Source: a virus
Lineage: Duplodnaviria; Caudoviricetes
Direction: 5' to 3' (one strand)
IMG/VR virus record: IMGVR_UViG_3300020365_000061
Span: 1 to 33,630 of that record
DNA length: 33,630 nucleotides
This document shows, in pieces, positions 27,366-33,630 of this stretch. Under the pieces are notes generated by a model. That model searched no databases, was not told the origin of the DNA, and saw only the letters and a program-made list of their open reading frames with translations. How positions within the stretch are numbered: the stretch's first letter is position 1; each line of letters begins with the position of its first letter. The position numbers were made by a program, and so were the translations under genes.

Positions 27366-27740
27366 TCAAATATCTGCGGCGGGGTTAGGGTTTACCACCC
27401 AGTTTCCCTGCTCCTCGGACCATAAATATGCCCCACCGTCATCGGGGTAGGGTGTCGGCGGTTGCCATTCATAATCGCTATCCAACGCCCAACTTGGAAA
27501 CGGCTTGGGAAACAAAAACACGTTGTTAGCAGAGTCATACGAGCCACCTATGGGGGCAAAACGCTGTCTAAAGTTGTTGTTGTAACTTGTCTGCACCCAT
27601 GTCCCGCCCAGCAAGTTTTGACAAAAATCCTTCCCCAATTGCTCTTGTTCAATGCCGCCATCGTCCGTGATAACGTCATTGCTAACCACAATAACCCTGA
27701 GAACCACACCATCATCGGAAATTTCTGCAAAATGAGCCAT
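27366..27740 (-). CDS. Fibre-associated protein / putative chaperone (124 aa)
   Basis: MAHFAEI...VLRVIVV...WVQTSYNNNFR...PKPFPSW...WQPPTPYP, a type recalled as recurring downstream of Gly-rich phage genes. Confidence 0.65.
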   Translation of the reverse strand: MAHFAEISDDGVVLRVIVVSNDVITDDGGIEQEQLGKDFCQNLLGGTWVQTSYNNNFRQRFAPIGGSYDSANNVFLFPKPFPSWALDSDYEWQPPTPYPDDGGAYLWSEEQGNWVVNPNPAADI

Positions 27741-27749
27741 ATGCCTTAC

Positions 27750-28706
27750 CTATGAGATGGTGATTGTTCCAGATGACTCAAACTTATAATAGTTATATCC
27801 AGCAGAGTTTGCAGTTGCTGGGCTACCGGTAGTGGTTGTGGTGAGGTTGTCTGGAACAAGAATCATAAAAAAGCCGCTACCTCCGTTGCCGCCCGTAAAA
27901 GAATTTGCCGCTTGGGCGCGTGAACCACCACCACCACCACCTCCGGTGCCGGTTGAGCCTGAGCCACCACTGGCGTTATAACCACCGTTGCCGCCGCCAC
28001 CACCAGCAGTACCAGCAGTACCGTAGTAGCCACCCGCGCTGGTGTAGTACAAACCACCACCGCCGCCACCACCGGAAAGGTCACGGCCTCCACCAGCGGC
28101 GGCATAATTAACGGCGCTACCGCCATTGCCGCCGTTATACCAATAATAGGGCGGTCCAGTTCCGGGCGGCGTGTAATTGCCGTTGCCACCAACAGACCCC
28201 TTGCCGCCGCCACCACCGGGGCCAGATGCGGAATCATTAGGTATGCCGCCATTATTACCCTGACCGGCTGTTCCTTGACCGGCAACAGTTGCGCCCAAGC
28301 CTGAGCCACCACCTGAGCCGCCGTCTCTGCCTTGACCATTGCTGTTATGGCCGGGGCCACCGCCTCCGCCTCCAGTTGCAGTAATGGTTGTAATGTCAGA
28401 CCCAGAAAATGTACTGTTACCACCATCGCCGCCTTGGCCGGTGCCGTTAGATGCTCCTGAGCCTCCACCGCCAATGGTTATGGTGTATGTAGTGCCAAGA
28501 TATAGCACAACACTGTTAAGGTACCGAAGTACACCGCCGCCACCGCCACCGCCGCCGCCAACACTGCCGCTGTCGGACGTGCCGGGACCGCCGCCTCCCC
28601 CTCCTGCCGCAATCAAAAGTTCTGTTATGGTCAGGGGCGTGGCACTTACGCCGGGATTGAATCCAATTGCTGAATTAGCGCCAAATGTTGATAAAAGTGG
28701 AGGCAT
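27750..28706 (-). CDS. Glycine-rich adhesin-like virion protein (318 aa)
   Basis: Many poly-Gly runs (AAGGGGGG, GGGGGGGG, GGNGGSG) separated by variable loops. C-terminus YYKFESSGTITIS. Confidence 0.75.
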   Translation of the reverse strand: MPPLLSTFGANSAIGFNPGVSATPLTITELLIAAGGGGGGPGTSDSGSVGGGGGGGGGVLRYLNSVVLYLGTTYTITIGGGGSGASNGTGQGGDGGNSTFSGSDITTITATGGGGGGPGHNSNGQGRDGGSGGGSGLGATVAGQGTAGQGNNGGIPNDSASGPGGGGGKGSVGGNGNYTPPGTGPPYYWYNGGNGGSAVNYAAAGGGRDLSGGGGGGGLYYTSAGGYYGTAGTAGGGGGNGGYNASGGSGSTGTGGGGGGGSRAQAANSFTGGNGGSGFFMILVPDNLTTTTTGSPATANSAGYNYYKFESSGTITIS

Positions 28707-29563
28707 TATGCGTACTGAGTCTGACTAGCCAAGACAGTAAACGTGGCGTCTGCCGTCTTAATAATTGTAAACACATAGGCATCAATGGAGCTTGCGTTGC
28801 CTGATGATGGCGCAGAACCGCCCGACCACTCAGGAGTAACTGACGAGCCATCAACTTGGTAAGTATTTAGGTAATACGCAGAGCTTCCCTGAGTCATCAA
28901 AATGGCGGCTGTCATGCTTTCCCCTGTAGCCATCACAGAGTTTAGGGCTGTAGAGCCGTCACCGCGAAAATTGATCGTTCTATTTGCCGCTTGGTTTGCC
29001 GTGTAAAACTCAACCGCCTGAGTCAAAAAATCAAAGTTTATCGTGCCCGTTGTGCTAGTTTGGGTAGTAACCTTTTCAATCATTTCGGCAACAGAGGTAG
29101 TGCCAATAAACTTAACCTTAGCCCCTGAGTCAGCGGTCACCGCCTTGGACGCCTGCGAAGTGCCCAGCGTTGTTATATCTAAGTAGTTAATTTCTGCCGC
29201 AGTTGCGGTAACCGCCGTTCCGTTGATAACTAGCTGGTTAGAGGCGTTTAGGAAAACAGATTTTCCTGCGGGGTAATTAATAAATACGTCTTTTGTGCCC
29301 GCCTGCAAATTAACGGCTGACCCACTATTAGAGCTAGCAAGCACGGTGGTTCGCGCCAGCGTGGTCCCGCTTGCAGTAAAGGTGCCAAGACCTACCTCAA
29401 AAGCAGTATTAGTGTCATCGACAATGGCGTAATAGGTAGTGTCACCGTCTGACAAGGCCGAAGTGAACGTAATAAAATTAGGTTCAGCCCCAGCAAGCGT
29501 AATTGCGCCCGTGCCTGTCGTAGTGGTCGTCTCTTTTACGCGGTCAGCAACAACAAAAGCCAT
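28706..29563 (-). CDS. Fibre anchor protein A (285 aa)
   Basis: First ~100 aa are paralogous to 26462-27355. Distinct C-terminal domain ending FTIIKTADATFTVLASQTQYA. Confidence 0.7.
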   Translation of the reverse strand: MAFVVADRVKETTTTTGTGAITLAGAEPNFITFTSALSDGDTTYYAIVDDTNTAFEVGLGTFTASGTTLARTTVLASSNSGSAVNLQAGTKDVFINYPAGKSVFLNASNQLVINGTAVTATAAEINYLDITTLGTSQASKAVTADSGAKVKFIGTTSVAEMIEKVTTQTSTTGTINFDFLTQAVEFYTANQAANRTINFRGDGSTALNSVMATGESMTAAILMTQGSSAYYLNTYQVDGSSVTPEWSGGSAPSSGNASSIDAYVFTIIKTADATFTVLASQTQYA

Positions 29564-29565
29564 TT

Positions 29566-30012
29566 TTATGCAATCCGAATAACAGCGTTAGATGCGTCAG
29601 CAGTTGGGAACACGATGGTAAAATCGCCAGAACTGGAGGATTTATCAGAACCAAAATCCAAAACAACAACTGTGTTTGTGGTTCCGCTTCCGCTACCTGC
29701 CGTGGTGTTATATATAAGTGCTCCACGCGCCGTTAAAGTACTGCTGGAGAACGTGAGATCGGCGAAGTCGGTAAGGGCCGTTGTTCCTGACGTGGTAGGA
29801 GTAACATTAGTAAGCGTCCCGCCACCGGCTGAATAGCCTGTACCACTAATCTCATTAGATGTTGTGTACGCGGTGGTTGCCGCATTAAAAGAAGCACTGT
29901 TGGTATACATTGCCAGCTTATATGTATCACCCGAGCTATTTGTAAAATCATGTTTCGCCTGAAGCAGTTCCTGCTTAAACGACGTACACATAAAGTTTCC
30001 GCTAAAAGCCAT
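29566..30012 (-). CDS. Virion structural protein (148 aa)
   Basis: MCTSFKQELL...YKLAMYT...GYSAGG...ARGALIYN...VLDFGSDK...FPTADASNA. Confidence 0.7.
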   Translation of the reverse strand: MAFSGNFMCTSFKQELLQAKHDFTNSSGDTYKLAMYTNSASFNAATTAYTTSNEISGTGYSAGGGTLTNVTPTTSGTTALTDFADLTFSSSTLTARGALIYNTTAGSGSGTTNTVVVLDFGSDKSSSSGDFTIVFPTADASNAVIRIA

Positions 30013-30013
30013 A

Positions 30014-30304
30014 TCACATTCTCCTGATAAGTTCGGCTAGGTCTTTTTGCCCCGCATCAAGAAGGGCGTTGTACACTGTAGTTCGGTCGCTTTTCGCGGC
30101 CTCTTTCATGTAGAAAACAAGAACCGCTCTAATGTGATCCTTGAACGCCTGCGCCTGTGCCTGCACTTCTGGCAACGCAGTATCGGCTACCGAGATGATC
30201 TTATCTAAGCACCTCTCAGCAATCTCATCTGGGGAAAACCCCCTGTTCTGTGTCGTGTGGACATTAACGCTACCCACCTCAAAACCACCGCTAACACCAA
30301 TCAT
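30014..30304 (-). CDS. Hypothetical protein (96 aa)
   Basis: GAGG RBS and ATGA overlap; coupled in the late operon. Confidence 0.75.
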   Translation of the reverse strand: MIGVSGGFEVGSVNVHTTQNRGFSPDEIAERCLDKIISVADTALPEVQAQAQAFKDHIRAVLVFYMKEAAKSDRTTVYNALLDAGQKDLAELIRRM

Positions 30305-30942
30305 CCTCTAGGCTTCCTTACCTCACCGCTACGATAACTGTCTGTCGTGCTGTATCCCTCTCCCAACTGTTCAAGTTTTGCTAATGCCTCTGCATACCTT
30401 TGGGCATATAACTGCATTAAATCTGGGTCGCCCTTCAGGTATGTATATGCCTCTACTAGACACCCATATAAAAGCGTGGACTCAGCGTTAGTACCGAGCC
30501 AGCTAGTGCCGTCTCCAGATGTGGTGATTGAGGTAGGCTTGTGGAAGTAATGCAGTTCTGCATCGTATGCAGAATCAGGGGTGGGGCCGAGAATAAACGC
30601 GGTGCGGCTAAAGATGCCGTAGTATTTTGGCGCTCCCTGCGTTGTCGTTAGCGGGTACGCCTGACGTATAAAGTTTACGTCCTTAAAGATCAGATACTCA
30701 AAGCCGGAGTTGTCGATAGCTAGTGAGTAGGGTGTCAAAAAATCTGTAGGCATGATCAGGTACTGGTTACCGCTTGCCACGGAGCCAGAAACATTCTTAC
30801 GAAAATCAGGCAGTTGCACTGTCTTCAAAATTTTGTCTTCTGCCTGCGTAATAATGGTTGTCAGATTATTGACAAAGCTAGTCTCATTTGACTCGCAATA
30901 ATCCTGTATCGCCTGTTTTAGGGAGGTAAACGTAAACGCCAT
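30301..30942 (-). CDS. Head-tail adaptor-like protein (213 aa)
   Basis: LKQAIQDY...GAPKYY...LGPTPDSAY...WLGTNAESTLLYGCLVEAYTYLK pattern of podophage adaptors. Confidence 0.65.
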   Translation of the reverse strand: MAFTFTSLKQAIQDYCESNETSFVNNLTTIITQAEDKILKTVQLPDFRKNVSGSVASGNQYLIMPTDFLTPYSLAIDNSGFEYLIFKDVNFIRQAYPLTTTQGAPKYYGIFSRTAFILGPTPDSAYDAELHYFHKPTSITTSGDGTSWLGTNAESTLLYGCLVEAYTYLKGDPDLMQLYAQRYAEALAKLEQLGEGYSTTDSYRSGEVRKPRG

Positions 30943-31286
30943 CAGGATGTCTCCACCGTTACCCGCCCAACAACACCCGCCATATCAAGACCGACAGTCC
31001 GGCTTCCAAGCGCCGTATTGCCTCCCCCGACAGGATCGAACGCAGAAAGCGCACGACTTTCATCAAGGCTGTCGTCAGGTCTCGGAAACCGAAGCGCCTG
31101 TGGATCGTTCGCATTGACATCCCCCAGTTTCAACTGAGGCTGATCCTGATCTACAACATCCCTGCCAACCAGCAGACCGTTCCAGCGTCCATCCTCAATC
31201 TGTCTGACCAAGTCGCGCAGTGGATATCGGAAACCTGTCCGATCACAAAATCCAAACGCCTTGGAGCCTTTCGCGTAACTGCTCAT
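30942..31286 (-). CDS. Hypothetical virion-associated protein (114 aa)
   Basis: YAKGSKAFGFCDRTGFRYPL...WNGLLVG...QPQL...DPQAL..PRPD. TGATG coupling. Confidence 0.75.
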   Translation of the reverse strand: MSSYAKGSKAFGFCDRTGFRYPLRDLVRQIEDGRWNGLLVGRDVVDQDQPQLKLGDVNANDPQALRFPRPDDSLDESRALSAFDPVGGGNTALGSRTVGLDMAGVVGRVTVETS

Positions 31287-31978
31287 AAATTGTTATACCC
31301 ACCGGGAGCCATGTAAAGCGATGCCTTTTCTCTGGATGCGTCTGCCGCCAGATTCCACTGCTCCTCATACACATCCTTGAGTGCTGGTGCCAATTGTATT
31401 GATTCAGGCTTCTTGCTCGCTATGTAATAGGCTAGACCAGCTACCATGCACGGCAGATACCGCGCTGGTACATCCATGTTGTTGGACGCTGGCTTTCCGG
31501 TGTCCTCTATCCTGTCTAGGTAGTAATACGCAAACGTGTAGGTTGTTGTTGCGTCTGGCACAGGCCAGAAGTGCAACGTCAGTCCCGCAGGCTTGCGCTC
31601 AACGTAATACTGTAGCGGCCTGCCCTGCGTCAGCTTGTTAGTCTGATGAGCGTACTGGCTCACCGAGATTCTTTGCATTGTCAGATCAGACTGCTTGGAG
31701 GTGTCTCCTGCGTCAGTTCGCAAAAGCCCCTCTACAATATCCTGCTTTTCCGAGGTCAGATCGTATGACGAGGTGCCTGCGGTCAGAGTCTGCGTAGCAT
31801 CCCTCACTGTCCACAAGTTAAGACCACGGTTCTGCCACTCCAGCATCAACAAATCCAGACTGCGCCGTGCCGTCCGGTAGTCATAGCCGCTTCGTAGCTC
31901 AGACCCTGCTCGCTCAAACGCCTCCTCAAATATATCTGACAAGTCAAGAGTAAAGGCTGTCGTGCCGCTAGTCGCCAT
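31283..31978 (-). CDS. Head-tail adaptor / tail tubular A-like protein (231 aa)
   Basis: MATSGTTAF...IFEEAFERAG...ARRSLDLLMLEWQNRGLNLW...GRPLQYY...WPVPD...GLAYYIA. Confidence 0.65.
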   Translation of the reverse strand: MATSGTTAFTLDLSDIFEEAFERAGSELRSGYDYRTARRSLDLLMLEWQNRGLNLWTVRDATQTLTAGTSSYDLTSEKQDIVEGLLRTDAGDTSKQSDLTMQRISVSQYAHQTNKLTQGRPLQYYVERKPAGLTLHFWPVPDATTTYTFAYYYLDRIEDTGKPASNNMDVPARYLPCMVAGLAYYIASKKPESIQLAPALKDVYEEQWNLAADASREKASLYMAPGGYNNL

Positions 31979-32241
31979 CAGACCATCCTCCCTCTAGTCC
32001 TGCCCCGCATAGCTATGCCATTCCTGCATTTTGCAGGAGGTATTCTGCCGCCACCAGACTTCTTGCTGACGCCAGCCTCAGACAAAGCAATAGCTATCGC
32101 CTGTTTCTTGTTTTTGACTTTTTTGCCAGAGCCGCCGGACTTCAGCTTGCCGTCCTTAAACTCCTTCATCACCTTCTTAACCTTTCGGGAAGCGGGTGCA
32201 TTTCTGGTTTGCTTGCCAGTCTGCGCTCTGCTTATAGGCAT
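31978..32241 (-). CDS. Small basic protein (87 aa), DUF6496-like
   Basis: KVKKVMKEFKDGKLKSG...KVKNKKQAIAIALSEAG. Likely start MPISRAQ at 32241, 4 nt after the upstream stop. Confidence 0.7.
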   Translation of the reverse strand: MPISRAQTGKQTRNAPASRKVKKVMKEFKDGKLKSGGSGKKVKNKKQAIAIALSEAGVSKKSGGGRIPPAKCRNGIAMRGRTRGRMV

Positions 32242-32245
32242 ATCG

Positions 32246-32515
32246 TCACCAGTTCTTGCAAGACCAATAACGAGCGGACATCTTGCTTGGCGGCTTAGAG
32301 TCGCACTTGTGTCTTGCACGGAAAGACTTACGCCGCCCCGGCTGGCTCTTCTTGATCTTCATATTCTTGTCGCCGTAGCGGATGATTTTTTCTTTTCCAT
32401 CCTCACACGCCTTGACCACAAACTTCTTCTTGGGGTGGCTAGGCGTTCGCTTTGGCTTATTACACGACATGGACTTCTTGCTAACCTTGCCGCCCTTTTT
32501 GTAATACATACGCAT
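32246..32515 (-). CDS. Small basic protein (89 aa), DUF6321-like
   Basis: KIIRYGDKNMKIKK...RRKSFRARHKCD...SARYWSCKNW. TAATG coupling. Confidence 0.75.
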   Translation of the reverse strand: MRMYYKKGGKVSKKSMSCNKPKRTPSHPKKKFVVKACEDGKEKIIRYGDKNMKIKKSQPGRRKSFRARHKCDSKPPSKMSARYWSCKNW

Positions 32516-32769
32516 TACTTTCGATGCCTCGCTGTCTTCTTGGCAATCCGCTTGGGTTGCTTTGAATGTTGCTTGCCTTTCTTAGTATCTGCGCGTTTTT
32601 TCCGCGTAGTCGCGGCATATTCTTTGGATGACATGGACTTGATGGCCTTCTCAGGAAGGTAACGCTCGCCAGTGGCTTTTGCACCCTGAGTGCTGGGTTT
32701 ACCAGACTTGGTGCGCCACTTCTGCTTCGTCCACTTCTTGAGGGACTTTTGCGACTTCTTGAGCGCCAT
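32515..32769 (-). CDS. Small basic protein (84 aa), DUF5872-like C-terminal half
   Basis: SQKSLKKWTKQKWRTKSG...ERYLPEKAI...KKGKQHSKQP. TGATG coupling. Confidence 0.75.
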   Translation of the reverse strand: MALKKSQKSLKKWTKQKWRTKSGKPSTQGAKATGERYLPEKAIKSMSSKEYAATTRKKRADTKKGKQHSKQPKRIAKKTARHRK

Positions 32770-32981
32770 CAGTCCTTGTATCCTCCCCCAGCCTTCTTGT
32801 AGGCAGAAGCAAGCATCTGCGCCTTACGCGCTGACCACTGCCCCGGCTTACCGCCCTTGCCGCCAGCTTTTATTCTATTGAATATCCGCTTTCGCAGTCC
32901 GGGCTTGGTGTAGTTTCCCGCCTCATTGACGCGGGACTTAGACTTCTTAGTCTTGCCGCCTTTTTTGTAATACTGCCTCAT
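32769..32981 (-). CDS. Small basic protein (70 aa), DUF5872-like N-terminal half
   Basis: NYTKPGLRKRI...KAGGKGGKPGQWSARKAQMLASAYKKAGGGY. TGATG coupling. Confidence 0.75.
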   Translation of the reverse strand: MRQYYKKGGKTKKSKSRVNEAGNYTKPGLRKRIFNRIKAGGKGGKPGQWSARKAQMLASAYKKAGGGYKD

Positions 32982-33391
32982 CAGCCGTAGTTCTTCTTCA
33001 GCTTTAGGACGACAGAGTAAGTGTCGCCATTACTCGCGCCTGTGGTGGTGAAGAGAATGTCGCCTGTTTTACCAGAAGCGGCGGCGGTGTTGGGCAGGCC
33101 AACAAAGTCAGAAAAGTCCAGCGTGTCGCCGTAGTCGGCAATCAACTCCCACGCCAAAACATTCGTGGTGGCATCAAAGAAGATTTGCACACCCATCCCT
33201 TTGGTCGTGTACTGGATACTTTCGATGTTGACGCTGGTACAAGCTCCCTTGCCTGCGGGGTCTGAACTCAACGCAGAAACATCTACCTTGGCAACAGCCG
33301 ATTCACCCGTGCCATCACTGACGTTGGTGAAATACATGATCGCTGTGCGAGGGCCATCCTCAATAGTCTTACTTGTGACTGTATCAGCCAT
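32981..33391 (-). CDS. Beta-rich virion (head-associated) protein (136 aa)
   Basis: GGAGG RBS before ATG 33391 (MADTVTSKTIEDG...SDGTGESAVAKVDVSAL...TGDILFTT). The ORF-track start at 33511 overlaps the upstream gene. Confidence 0.75.
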   Translation of the reverse strand: MADTVTSKTIEDGPRTAIMYFTNVSDGTGESAVAKVDVSALSSDPAGKGACTSVNIESIQYTTKGMGVQIFFDATTNVLAWELIADYGDTLDFSDFVGLPNTAAASGKTGDILFTTTGASNGDTYSVVLKLKKNYG

Positions 33392-33407
33392 CTTATCCTC
33401 CAGATAA

Positions 33408-33422
33408 GGGGGCCATGCCCCC
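33408..33422 (-). terminator. GC hairpin GGGGGC-ATG-GCCCCC, possible weak terminator or processing site
   Basis: Perfect 6-bp stem 6 nt after the upstream stop, followed by TTATCT (poor U-tract), just upstream of the next RBS. Confidence 0.35.
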
Positions 33423-33428
33423 GTCAGT

Positions 33429-33629
33429 TTATGATGCGTCTGAAGTGGTAGAGATGCCGAAAAACTTGAGGACAACAACTGTGTCGCCACCCGGATCGCC
33501 AGAAAGCACAATCTCTACTTCGTCTGCTGTTTCTGTAGACGCAGTGGTTGTGCCACCGGACATCCCGAGAACGCCATTGCAGGGGAAAAACCCTTTGAAG
33601 CCTGTAGAGTTGACAGCGGCAGAGATACC
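33429..33629 (-). CDS. C-terminal 66 aa of a structural protein (partial; not in ORF track)
   Basis: Open frame from the window end: GISAAVNSTGFKGFFPCNGVLGMSGG...VVVLKFFGISTTSDAS*, stop at 33429-33431. Confidence 0.7.
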   Translation of the reverse strand, partial: GISAAVNSTGFKGFFPCNGVLGMSGGTTTASTETADEVEIVLSGDPGGDTVVVLKFFGISTTSDAS

Positions 33630-33630
33630 A

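Larger units (their letters stand above)
1..33630. mobile_element. Bacteriophage genome segment (podovirus-like; recombination module converging on virion/lysis operon)
   Basis: Dense phage-type gene set (annealase, SSB, NinB, holin, M15 endolysin, tail nozzle, fibres, adaptors), many TGATG/TAATG stop-start overlaps, no housekeeping genes. No tail tube, sheath or tape-measure gene is seen among the tail genes, while several ejection-type proteins are present. Confidence 0.95.

Noticed and set aside
27863-28728. Alternative-frame and antisense ORFs (203-aa Val/Ala-rich, His-rich 27905-28111, Pro-rich 28339-28728)
   Set aside because: Shadows of GGN-codon poly-Gly sequence, which lacks stops in other frames.
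22087-29563. Diversity-generating retroelement or invertible shufflon acting on the paralogous fibre genes
   Set aside because: No reverse transcriptase or invertase in the window, all genes are co-oriented, and the paralogous DNA differs at synonymous sites generally rather than only at adenines. No inverted crossover sites were noticed by eye.
32015-32662. 215-aa hydrophobic + strand ORF
   Set aside because: Antisense to Lys-rich genes (AAA/AAG reversed gives Phe/Leu); the - strand genes show coupling and recognisable motifs.
1-33630. Stop-codon reassignment, tRNA genes, integrase/att sites
   Set aside because: Genes tile the window under the standard code with TAA, TGA and TAG all used as stops; no cloverleaf or integrase was recognised. 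Lifestyle and host cannot be determined from this window.

Overview
This window is a fragment of a tailed dsDNA bacteriophage genome with podovirus-like gene content, of the kind common among uncultured marine phages. There are no host genes, RNA genes, CRISPR arrays or IS elements. The + strand (1-3729) carries the end of a recombination/early module: a Cas4/PD-(D/E)XK-like nuclease C-terminus, a Sak/DUF1071 annealase, an SSB-like protein, a DUF1364-like nuclease, a NinB-like protein, small hypotheticals and a secreted protein. It converges on a ~30 kb, tightly coupled - strand late operon. In transcription order that operon encodes head-associated proteins, four small very basic proteins, head-tail adaptor-like proteins, two parallel fibre/adhesin cassettes (one with three tandem beta-propeller paralogs), another fibre, a lysis cassette (3TM holin, two small membrane proteins, M15 peptidase), a tail nozzle, internal/ejected virion proteins with a GNAT, a 1994-aa polyvalent protein (HExxH plus LPD38-like) and a thermonuclease. 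The most interesting signals are (i) an apparent plug-and-socket modular adhesin architecture and (ii) a recurring [YFM]xxGG motif shared by the basic proteins and the internal virion proteins. Family names come from motif recognition from memory; no database search was run.
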